From a candidate division WOR-3 bacterium (lineage in GTDB: Bacteria > Hydrothermota > Tepidihabitantia > Tepidihabitantales > Tepidihabitantaceae), in the NCBI GenBank assembly GCA_965649225.1, contig CBFGJX010000003.1:96001-160000 (forward strand): DNA of 64,000 nucleotides, given 5' to 3'. The notes below the pieces were generated by a model. It saw only the letters and a list, made by a program, of their open reading frames with translations, was not told the DNA's origin and searched no databases. Positions within the stretch are counted from its first letter, which is position 1. Every line of letters begins with the position of its first letter. Position numbers and translations under genes: made by a program. This document shows, piece by piece, positions 10,701 to 18,141 of this stretch.

Positions 10701-10953
10701 CCAGCCGGTAATGCAGATTCGCCTGAATCGTGCCCCATGCCTTGACCCAGCCATGCGCCACGGCGTAAACCGGCGCTCCGGTTACCAGCGGGAAAATGTC
10801 GATGCCGTTGTGAAAATAGGCGCCGCCGCCGTAGTCCTGGTATTCCCCCCAGTTATTGCCTATCGGATGGGGTTGATTAACCGGTGCGATTGGCCAGTCG
10901 AAGGCCGCCACCGCACCCGCTGCACAGAGAAGACAAAAAACCAGCCTGCTCAA
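7705..10953 (-). CDS. Secreted M23-like peptidase + CARDB/Ig-like repeats + Lys-rich Kelch-like propeller + T9SS-type tail
   Basis: TTG start with GGAGG; signal peptide; HNGID (HxxxD) and HIH (HxH) zinc motifs; three Ig repeats ending in ..ND; KDGG/KGNKT propeller; YDAAGR..GVYY tail. Confidence 0.85.
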   Translation of the reverse strand: MSRLVFCLLCAAGAVAAFDWPIAPVNQPHPIGNNWGEYQDYGGGAYFHNGIDIFPLVTGAPVYAVAHGWVKAWGTIQANLHYRLAISDSAMANTGRCTGWLYAHIDPARPHKNVGDEVQAGELIGYLVDFPYNFQHIHFARISDTGATWQRFPNYTWWFIQNPLTLLQPQSDTVRPVFENARSGSRFAFCRDNSSSYLDPDSLYGNVDIIAKVYDKMTLSTGNAVWDRLAPFILDYRIRGDWDSLPWRLALSYKYGLPPPGTPEIGVVYKDDAVCNTRGDYDYRDYFHIVTNTDGDSTIEVTDSTGRWATADFHDGYYWVYVRAKDAAGNVRVDSQRVRVVNGNPPLDVACTGITAPAGLVDTGAVIVPACSVVNNGPTTVSYSVRMRIGSGYNQTVSVSSHAPGERRRVSFPAWTAQSRGLNAVRCSTELAGDLLPANDRQLDSVTVLVHDAAVVAVSAPTGAVPPGPVVPQAVVRNNGTQREPVRVWFVIASSYRDSVFLAAGLPPADTTLSFAQWTATPGSWVGRCSVAQMVDNVRANDTATTAFTVNTVDVGVIGLLAPADTVDSAATVMPGARLGNFGAAGADFMAWFRISGPDTDYRDSLVVVGLGSGETRELWFQPWTGSRRAGPYVARCSVAIAFDGNQANDTLSRQFAVVAGRPPIQPGWVEMPNLPLVPSNRAVKDGGWIVFDQQSGRFVIARGNKTPDMLFFQPVADTFGQLTPWPAGTEGRPPYRGAAACADGAGRVYAVKGNGTLGFWRYDIASASWEQLADVPAGPQGRKMKGGSDLVWVNAGDSGYVYLLKGSGCEFYRFNATTGEWQVLPDAPSGSRARWDRGSWLVYVPDSRPAAKAAGLIVAHKARVHELYSYDLLAGRWSDVRSGMPLLCGQTGRSKKSKDGGSAALLAGRIWALKGGNSQDFYSYDPYRQIWQEEDTIPAVGSTLKRRRVKAGGDIAAGSQALYALKGNRTLELWRYVPVENGVAAGFAGRDSRVGAEMADGLRVTPNPAAGRVIVNLPSARLSGSSVSQLQFYDAAGRRVHAVPVTGGSTVATDVGRLPAGVYYLTVSGMAGVGVRLTVLR

Positions 10954-11034
10954 TTGTCCTCCAAATCTGGAGTCGAACCAGCCTCAAGAAGGCAGAAAAG
11001 AACGGCGGCCGTGTCCCGCCGCCTTGCCAGCGCA

Positions 11035-11062
11035 ATTCTAGGCATTCTCTCGCGCCGGTCAA
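11035..11062 (-). promoter_or_regulatory. Sigma70-type promoter of the 7705-10953 gene
   Basis: TTGACC-N16-TAGAAT. Confidence 0.6.
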
Positions 11063-11090
11063 TGCGGCCAGAAGCGGAACAAGAACCCGG

Positions 11091-12272
11091 CTAAATCAGT
11101 GCTTCCAGCCTGTCGGCCAGCCAGTGTGCCTGCATGCGCCGGTCGTAACGGTCTCGGCTTCTGGCTCCGAACCGCGCCGGGTCACGGCCGGCCTCATCCA
11201 GCGCAGCAACAAGCCGTTCCGGGTCATCACCGCAGTCGAAACCGGCATCAGTTTCTCGCACAATCGCCACCGCCTCGTCCTGACCCTTGCCCCAGATGAT
11301 GATTGGCCGACGGGCGCCGAGATATTCATACAGTTTCAATCCGACCGGCTGACCCGGTTTTCCGACATACAACAACGCACTGGCACCCTTCATCAATGCA
11401 CAGGCTTCACGATGGGGTACCGTGCCAAGAAACTTCACCCTTCTCTCATTCTGAAATATTCGCTGGAGCCGGGTCCCAACCCGGCCGGCAAAATAAATCC
11501 GCGCCTGCGGTCGGACGCGCAGCGCCGCAATCAGTGCTGCCAGCTCCGCCTCGTTACCCCAGATGTTTCCGACGTGGACAATACTCTCGCCATCCAGCCG
11601 GGCCGGTTCCACCTCGAACTCGGCGGGGTCGAAACCGTTCGGCAGAATCTCGACACCCTGGCCAATCTCATGCGCGGTACCGACGTTGACTGCCAGCACC
11701 AAGTCCGAATGCTCCACCACCCAGCGCCGCAACCGCCGCAGCGCCGCCCGCTGATGCCGCGGTGGCGGTGCAAACCCGGTCGGCCACGGGTCACGGTAAT
11801 CCGAGCAGAGCGGAATGTGCCCGTGGGCCTTGAGTCTGACGCCCAGCAGGTGAGCGGTAAAAGGTGGCGCCGTCGCGAAAATCGCCGCCGGCTTCTGGTC
11901 GTCAATGATGTGCCGGCCGATATGCGACGCGAAAGGAAACCAGCCGATTTTGGAATCGGGAAACATCAACGCATTGAGCAGTCGTGGCCCCCGGGCCAGT
12001 CCTTTTGACAGCGCCGGCCGGAGACGTTTCGCCCTGGTCCGCAGCAGATTGAAAACCCGGTTCGGGTCGATGCTGTCGGTGCGGTAAAACCGCGACTCTT
12101 TCAGGTCTGCCAGCAGTGCCGGGTCGTAGTGATAGTAAGCGACCGGCTTGACCGTCAGAATCAACGGCCGCCAGCCGGCCTCAGGCAGATACTTGCACAG
12201 CTTGGTCACCCGCATCACTCCGGAAAGTCCCAGTGGCGGGGTATAGTAGGCAACTACCAGCAGACGACGCAT
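11091..12272 (-). CDS. Glycosyltransferase family 4 (GT-B)
   Basis: MRRLLVVAYYTPP..GVMRVTKLCKYL, DYRDPW, ILPNGFD, KLYEYLGARRPII. Start moved to ATG 12272 because TTGACA-N16-TAGTTT lies 7 nt upstream. Confidence 0.88.
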   Translation of the reverse strand: MRRLLVVAYYTPPLGLSGVMRVTKLCKYLPEAGWRPLILTVKPVAYYHYDPALLADLKESRFYRTDSIDPNRVFNLLRTRAKRLRPALSKGLARGPRLLNALMFPDSKIGWFPFASHIGRHIIDDQKPAAIFATAPPFTAHLLGVRLKAHGHIPLCSDYRDPWPTGFAPPPRHQRAALRRLRRWVVEHSDLVLAVNVGTAHEIGQGVEILPNGFDPAEFEVEPARLDGESIVHVGNIWGNEAELAALIAALRVRPQARIYFAGRVGTRLQRIFQNERRVKFLGTVPHREACALMKGASALLYVGKPGQPVGLKLYEYLGARRPIIIWGKGQDEAVAIVRETDAGFDCGDDPERLVAALDEAGRDPARFGARSRDRYDRRMQAHWLADRLEALI

Positions 12273-12319
12273 CAGCGATAAACTAGTTCCTGACCTCCGG
12301 CTGTCAATCATACTGATTC

Positions 12320-14341
12320 TCACCTCCACTTCCCGACCCGCTGCGCGATCCGGCCGATGACATCATCGGCCGGGAGTGGCTTCAGCCTCAACCCGGACAG
12401 ATACTCCAGCAATCCCTCCCCGTCCAGCGCAAGCAGGTGGTCCTCAACCTGCAACTCACGGGGCAGGTAACGGAAGAACGCACCGGAGCCAAGACTGTCC
12501 TCAAATCGCGTCAGGTTGCGTTCGACTACATCCCTCACCGCCGACAGCTGCGGAACGGGAAAACTCTCGTCGATTGCTCTTGCCTGCGCACCACGCACGA
12601 CCAGCAGCTTGCCGTCGATGTCCGAACAGTCCAACCCCTGCTTGACCAGTGCCTCGGCGACAAGATAACCATTGGTCACCCCGAGCAGATGAAGGATATG
12701 AAGCTGACCGCCGGACCAGAAACAGGGAAACTCGTTCGCCGCCAGCTCCGGGAACAGCCGGGCTTTGAGTACCGGCGCCAGCCGGTAGGAGTAGCCGCCG
12801 GTGCCCGTTCCCTCAAAAACCCGGGTGTTGGTCGAAAAATCTGCCAGCGGCCGCACCAGCAGCGTCTTCTCGGCCGCATTCTCTTTCACCAGTTCCCACG
12901 ACCGGCCGGCAAGGACAAAGTGCTTGAAGTAATAGAAGACCGTACCGACGGTCCGGTTGGTCGTCACATCAATCACCCGAAATTCGCCAAACGTCTTGTC
13001 CTGAATGTTGGAGTGAATCTTGCCCAGCTCAATCAGCTGCTCCGCTGCCGGCCCGCACTGATAGATTCCGGGCCGAACCGCAACCGCTTCGCCCCGGTCA
13101 ATCAGCTGACGAAACACCGCGTCCACGCGCTGGCGCTCTGCCAACGGCTCCAGCACCCGGTAAAGCGACGGCAGCGTCGTCCCGATGCGGCGGCGCTGAA
13201 ACAGATAAGACAGAATCTGCTGAGGCAGCACCGCGACGCCGGGCGTGTAGCGTTTCTCATGAAGCCTCCCGGCGCGCGCACAGTCCAGCAGGGTCTCGAA
13301 CATCAGCTTCTCCCACGGGTCGGCATGAACCCCGATAACGAACAGCTCTGACTGCCGCCGCCGGTTGCCGCGCCCCAGCCGCTGCAGCAGCGACGAGACA
13401 TTGAACGGCGGTCGCACCAGCACCACACCATCGATGTCGCCAATGTCGATACCCAGCTCCAGTGTCGAAGTACAGCAGACCAGCCCGGTTCGCTCCCGGT
13501 TCATCGCCGCCTCGACCGCTTCGCGTCGCTCACGGTTCATCGAACCGTGGTGAACCCAGGTCCGGCCACTGAACGGCGGCAGATTCAGCTGGCGCGCCCC
13601 GGCCTCGGCGCCGGAGCGGGCGTTGAAGAAACACAGCACCTTGCGACAGCCGGCCTCGACCAGCGCGGCCACGACTTCCTGCGGCCAGTCGTCGCCCATC
13701 GGTTTCAGCTGACTGATAATCTCCCGCCGACCCGGAACCTCGACGACTGACGGATCGGGAAAATAGCGCGCCCCGATATTCTCGTCGTCGATTGTCGCGG
13801 ACAGCGCATGACACCGGACGTGCGGATTAATCAGCCGCAGTCGCCCAAGCAGCGCCCGCAGCTGGTCACCACGGGGTGTGTTATCGAGTAGATGAAGCTC
13901 GTCAAGAATAACCGTGCTGACAGAACTGAACACCCGGGTATGCCGACACAGCAGCGAGTCGAACGATTCCGGAGTGGTAATCAGCAGAAACGGCAGCTTC
14001 TTCTCGTCGACAGTCGGATGGTCTCCGGTTTTGCGCCCGAGCGGGAGTTCCAGATATTCAAACGCCGGACCCAGCCGACGATACAGGTCGTTCACCAGCG
14101 CCCGGGTCGGCGACACATAAAGCACCCCCAGCCGGCCCTTTTCAGAAGGCAGCAGGGTTTCGACCACCGGGGCAACAACCGCCTCCGTTTTTCCCGAAGC
14201 CGCCGGCGATATCACCACTGTATTGCGGCCGGCAAGTATCGACGGAATCGCCTTGAGTTGAACTTCGGTCAAATTGCCGAAACGGGCAAAAAACGGATTC
14301 CAGGTCCGGTGCAGCGCCTGCCGGATTTGCTCCGCTGTCAC
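12320..14341 (-). CDS. Lhr-like DEAD/DEAH-box SF2 helicase (BrxHI/SngC-like)
   Basis: Q motif LTEVQ, SPAASGKTEA, SPTRALVNDL, TTPES, ILDELH, LSATI, HHGS, TSTLELGIDIG, QRLGRGNRR. GTGA overlap with the upstream ATPase gene. Confidence 0.9.
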   Translation of the reverse strand: MTAEQIRQALHRTWNPFFARFGNLTEVQLKAIPSILAGRNTVVISPAASGKTEAVVAPVVETLLPSEKGRLGVLYVSPTRALVNDLYRRLGPAFEYLELPLGRKTGDHPTVDEKKLPFLLITTPESFDSLLCRHTRVFSSVSTVILDELHLLDNTPRGDQLRALLGRLRLINPHVRCHALSATIDDENIGARYFPDPSVVEVPGRREIISQLKPMGDDWPQEVVAALVEAGCRKVLCFFNARSGAEAGARQLNLPPFSGRTWVHHGSMNRERREAVEAAMNRERTGLVCCTSTLELGIDIGDIDGVVLVRPPFNVSSLLQRLGRGNRRRQSELFVIGVHADPWEKLMFETLLDCARAGRLHEKRYTPGVAVLPQQILSYLFQRRRIGTTLPSLYRVLEPLAERQRVDAVFRQLIDRGEAVAVRPGIYQCGPAAEQLIELGKIHSNIQDKTFGEFRVIDVTTNRTVGTVFYYFKHFVLAGRSWELVKENAAEKTLLVRPLADFSTNTRVFEGTGTGGYSYRLAPVLKARLFPELAANEFPCFWSGGQLHILHLLGVTNGYLVAEALVKQGLDCSDIDGKLLVVRGAQARAIDESFPVPQLSAVRDVVERNLTRFEDSLGSGAFFRYLPRELQVEDHLLALDGEGLLEYLSGLRLKPLPADDVIGRIAQRVGKWR

Positions 14342-15699
14342 TGTCTTTCGGCCGGTGCGCGCGGTCGCAGGCGAGCGATATCCAGCGCCTCGACGGAAAA
14401 CTTGATGAACGCCCGCACGCCTTCGACGTTGTACCGGCCCGCCTGCCGCAACAGCTTTTTCTGTTCCAGCTCGGTCAGCTCAAAACCCGGATAAGCTCGA
14501 CTGTAGATCATCACCAGCGCACTGAACGCTTCCACCAGCGCCCGGTCATCAAGCGGCTCCAGCGTGATTCGGTGCCGGATGCGATTGGCCAGCTTGATGT
14601 AGGCGTAATCGTATGGGCTGGGAGTGGTGGCAAAGACCAGCAGCAGCGCCGGGTCCTTGTAGATATAGGGTACCGGTCGAACCTGATTGTGAATCATCCG
14701 GCTGCTGACCCGTTTGAGTTCAGGGTCGCACTGAGCGGTACGCACCAGTCCGTCCATGAAATTGACGCTCTTGGTCAGATAGATAATGTCCCAGAGCCTC
14801 GTCACCGTCTCGGCCTCGTCGATCAGCAGCACCAGTCCTTTCAACCCCAGCTGTCGCGCCATCCAGGCAATACCCGACAGGACATTGCAGTACAAATCGG
14901 CAGCAGTGGAAAAATCGTACAGCGCCGGAATCCGCTGTCCGCCCCGAACCCGGTAGGGACTTCTCTTTTCGACCGCGTACTCCTTGGTGCTTTCTCCCTC
15001 TACCCACTGCCACAACACTTCGGCCTGCAGACTGCCCCGGTCAATCCGGCGCAGACGATCCAGCACCGGCCCGAAAAACACATGATCGGCGAGGTCCAGG
15101 TCCAACGCGAGGGTCAGCAGATCGCGGAATCCCATTTCCCGGCCGTCCTTGATGAAACGCAGATTGTGAACGATCTCCCGGTACACCCGCTTCGGCCGGT
15201 GCGGACTGACCTCGCTGGGGTCGAACTGACAGAAACTCGTCAGCATTCCACCCACGAGTGCCCGGTGATGGGCATACTCGAGAATGTGCGTCTTGCCCGT
15301 GCCGTACTCGCCTTCGACCATGAAGACATCACCCTGACCGCGCTCCAGCTGCTTCAGGGCACCGTCGATAATCTCAATCTGCTGGGTCCGGCCGAAAGTG
15401 AAAGTTTCAACATCCTGATGCGGGACAATCCCCAGCCGGAACGCCTCCACCATCCGCAGGGCCTGAATCCGGTCAATTGTCTCCAGTCCGGGACCAGCCG
15501 CGCCCAGCAGCGAATCATCCAGTCTCGACATCAGTCGCAGCCGCCGGACCGGCAGCCAGAGCCGCAGTCCGCTGGCAAACTTCACCAGCAGCTCGGTACC
15601 GCGCCAGCGCGAATCGAGAATTACGCCGTCGCCAAAGACTGGATGCGATACCAGTCGCCGGGAAGCGTTGGCAACCGCTGCCCGGCGGTCTTCGGTCAC
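14338..15699 (-). CDS. DUF2791/BrxD-like P-loop ATPase with N-terminal Tudor-like domain
   Basis: EAFRLGIVP, Walker A GEYGTGKTH, VYREIVHNL, Walker B GLVLLIDEAE; N-terminal VSHPVFGDGVI..ELLVKF..G. Confidence 0.85.
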   Translation of the reverse strand: MTEDRRAAVANASRRLVSHPVFGDGVILDSRWRGTELLVKFASGLRLWLPVRRLRLMSRLDDSLLGAAGPGLETIDRIQALRMVEAFRLGIVPHQDVETFTFGRTQQIEIIDGALKQLERGQGDVFMVEGEYGTGKTHILEYAHHRALVGGMLTSFCQFDPSEVSPHRPKRVYREIVHNLRFIKDGREMGFRDLLTLALDLDLADHVFFGPVLDRLRRIDRGSLQAEVLWQWVEGESTKEYAVEKRSPYRVRGGQRIPALYDFSTAADLYCNVLSGIAWMARQLGLKGLVLLIDEAETVTRLWDIIYLTKSVNFMDGLVRTAQCDPELKRVSSRMIHNQVRPVPYIYKDPALLLVFATTPSPYDYAYIKLANRIRHRITLEPLDDRALVEAFSALVMIYSRAYPGFELTELEQKKLLRQAGRYNVEGVRAFIKFSVEALDIARLRPRAPAERQ

Positions 15700-15758
15700 C
15701 GTTCCGTCACTGGCCGGCGGCCGGTTGTCGTCGTTCGGCTGCGTTGCCGCCCCCGGTT

Positions 15759-17033
15759 CTAGAACTCCTCGCTCTCGACCGCTGCCTTTTCCTGCTGTTC
15801 CAGCCGCTGAGTGGTAACCCGGAGCAGTTTCTCGGCATCCTTGGCTGTGAACTGCCGTCCGGGCTCAGCCCGCAGATTGTGCAGCGCCTCCAGCAGTGCC
15901 ACAACAAACAGTCGCCGATAAGACACGTCCAGCACAAAAGCGCTTACTGCCAGCTCGGCCAGCGTCTTGACAACCCGGTCGCTCTGCTCCGGTGCAAGCT
16001 TCGTGTCGTAGGCCGTCTCGAACAACCCGACCAGCCGGCCGCCCAGCGCAACCAGAAAATCGACCGGTGCCACCCCGAGTTTCTCCAAATCGATCTTCAC
16101 CCCTACCGGATTCATCTCGTTGAAAACGCTGCGCAGCCGTTGCTTCAGTGCTTCATAGACCCCACCCGAGCCTTCCAGCAGCAGATTCTCGTCGGGTACG
16201 GCATAGAAGAACATTGCTCCCGGCAGCCGCGAGTTGCCGCACTCATCTACCAGCTGCCGCAGATTGTCCAGTGCCCGCCGCTTGTCCCGCGACGATGCAA
16301 TCGACATCCCGCGTTCGGCCTCATCGAACAGCAGCACCAGTCCGGCGTAGCCGATCGCGTGCACCCACTGCGCCAGCGAACGCAGCATTCGGAACGCGGT
16401 TGCCCGGTCGATGCGCTCCGAAATCCGGAAGCGGGTACGCACGTCCCGATGGACCTCCTCACCTTTCAACCACTGCACAACATCCTCGAAACCGGCAGCA
16501 TCTTCGGCCAAGAGACAGCTGAACGCCGCCCGGACCGCATTGTGGAAACTCGTACTCTCGGTGGATGGCAGCTGGTCGAGATGGTTGCGCAGGGTATCGG
16601 CACGACCGGCATCAGCCCGGCGGTCCTCAAACCACCGCCGCAGCACGCTCTCGATCCCCTTCCGGGTATCCAGTCCCGGCTGACTTCCCGACTGCGGTGC
16701 GGTCAGGTTTGCCACGATGCCCTTATAAACCAGCTCCAGCCGGTCAAACGGACATTCAGTCGGATTCAGGCTGACGTAGGCAACACAGTAACCGTGACGG
16801 AACGCCAGATCCCGGACGACATAAAGAAAGTGCGTCTTGCCGCCGCCGTAGTTGCCGGTTACCAGTTTAAAACTCGAAAGATTGAATTTAAGAATGCCAT
16901 TGAGGTACTCTTCCTCCAGCGGTCGGATGTAGCTGTCCAGTCCAACCGTGAAACTTTCGATACCGAACTCGGGCGGGGTGCCGGTCGAACCGAGCTTGGT
17001 GATTACTGCCTTGGCGAGCTGCCGATCCATCAT
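15759..17033 (-). CDS. DUF2791/BrxD-like P-loop ATPase
   Basis: GTPP..FTVGL, FKLVTGNYGGGKTHFL, VYKGIVANL, WLKGE, GYAGLVLLFDEAE, LRQLVD, YEALKQRL. Start at ATG 17033 or 17030 after GAGGAGG. Confidence 0.88.
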   Translation of the reverse strand: MMDRQLAKAVITKLGSTGTPPEFGIESFTVGLDSYIRPLEEEYLNGILKFNLSSFKLVTGNYGGGKTHFLYVVRDLAFRHGYCVAYVSLNPTECPFDRLELVYKGIVANLTAPQSGSQPGLDTRKGIESVLRRWFEDRRADAGRADTLRNHLDQLPSTESTSFHNAVRAAFSCLLAEDAAGFEDVVQWLKGEEVHRDVRTRFRISERIDRATAFRMLRSLAQWVHAIGYAGLVLLFDEAERGMSIASSRDKRRALDNLRQLVDECGNSRLPGAMFFYAVPDENLLLEGSGGVYEALKQRLRSVFNEMNPVGVKIDLEKLGVAPVDFLVALGGRLVGLFETAYDTKLAPEQSDRVVKTLAELAVSAFVLDVSYRRLFVVALLEALHNLRAEPGRQFTAKDAEKLLRVTTQRLEQQEKAAVESEEF

Positions 17034-17040
17034 CCCCTCC

Positions 17041-17889
17041 TCAGTCCCTGCCGGCGAAGGACAGGTAAGAGTAGTAGGTCCCTTCGCCATCCTCGTTGTC
17101 CGGCACCCAGATTGCGCGTGACTTCTCTGTCGTTGCATCAAAATTGGCCACATGCAGCTTCAGCACCCATCCGGCATGTTCAAACTGCCCGGATTCTTTC
17201 AGTCGAAACAAGTCATAGGAAAATCGCACGCGCGGATACTCGACGAATTTCTGCTGAACCGGATCAACCCGGAATGCCGGCGGCTGCATCAGCATCACCA
17301 GCTCCGCAAGAATGTCGGTCAGAAACACTCTGGTGCCCGGCGGCAGGTTGCCCAACAGCAACTGACGCTGATATGCGCGGTGCAGCAGCTCGATCATTCT
17401 CGCTGGCGGCACCGCCTTCTCGGCCAGTCGTTCCTGCCAGGTCTGCAACATTGCCACCAGCGCACCCGGGTCGAGGCTCAACCCTGTTTTCAGTCGCTCA
17501 ACCCGTGGTCCCCAGAAGATGCTTGCCTTGCCCGCCGCAAAATCAACCTCCAGTCCGAACAGCCCGACCCGCAACTGCGGCAACTGGCCCTTCACCGTCA
17601 TACCAGTTCCCTCGAGCGCTGCGCTCAGACTCCGGCCAAACTGGTAGCGGAGCTCATCCTTCTGTACCGCCACCGCATTCTGCTCGGTTGCCAGCCACAC
17701 TTTCAGTTCCTCTTTCATGGTGGTGTCGGCAAAACCTTCCGCCGCCTGCGCCAGCCGCGCCAACGCGGTCTCTCGGACAAATGCGTTTTTCTGCGGTTCG
17801 GCGAGCAGGGACTGGTATTCTTCAAGACCGCGGGCAAGTTTCGTTGCTGCCGCTCCAAGCGCCTTCAACCGGGCAACTAGTCCTTCCAT
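17041..17889 (-). CDS. Hypothetical protein, first gene of the ATPase-helicase operon
   Basis: 282 aa; helical N-terminus; C-terminal YPRVRFSYDLFRL; stop lies 7 nt before the next gene; has its own promoter. Confidence 0.8.
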   Translation of the reverse strand: MEGLVARLKALGAAATKLARGLEEYQSLLAEPQKNAFVRETALARLAQAAEGFADTTMKEELKVWLATEQNAVAVQKDELRYQFGRSLSAALEGTGMTVKGQLPQLRVGLFGLEVDFAAGKASIFWGPRVERLKTGLSLDPGALVAMLQTWQERLAEKAVPPARMIELLHRAYQRQLLLGNLPPGTRVFLTDILAELVMLMQPPAFRVDPVQQKFVEYPRVRFSYDLFRLKESGQFEHAGWVLKLHVANFDATTEKSRAIWVPDNEDGEGTYYSYLSFAGRD

Positions 17890-17897
17890 AACCCCTC

Positions 17898-17925
17898 AGT
17901 ATAACTCTGAGCTGACCGGGGTCAA
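17898..17925 (-). promoter_or_regulatory. Sigma70-type promoter of the four-gene ATPase/helicase operon
   Basis: TTGACC-N16-TATACT, 8 nt before ATG 17889. Confidence 0.7.
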
Positions 17926-18141
17926 TCGGCGTCCGGTTCTGCTGTCATTGTTCTCCGCCCTCCATCGCGGGCATGGTCGTTGCCGGTCAGTGCCGTCGCT
18001 CACACCGTTCGATCCATTCAAACCTGACCCGGCTGCCGGCGGCCGCTTGACACACCTCTGGGCCGAACCCACAATTTTCCCGGGACAAACGCAGGACAAC
18101 GAGTCACTGGCTCGCTCATGCTCTCACCGTAAGGAGGCAAC

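Noticed and set aside
10967..10981. tRNA T-arm-like GGTTCGACTCC on the minus strand (tRNA or att site)
   Set aside because: No acceptor, D or anticodon arms, no second copy seen and no integrase nearby.
11091..12329. Glycosyltransferase as a fifth gene (DNA modifier) of the ATPase/helicase system, suggested by the overlapping ORF-track start
   Set aside because: It has its own promoter just before ATG 12272 and looks like an ordinary envelope GT4; co-transcription cannot be fully excluded.
12320..17889. Calling the operon BREX or Shango outright
   Set aside because: No pglX/pglZ/brxC-type genes and no recognisable TerB-like gene; two ATPases rather than one.
15477..17891. 804-aa plus-strand ORF
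   Set aside because: Antisense shadow of the ATPase and lead genes; no motifs; expected in GC-rich DNA.
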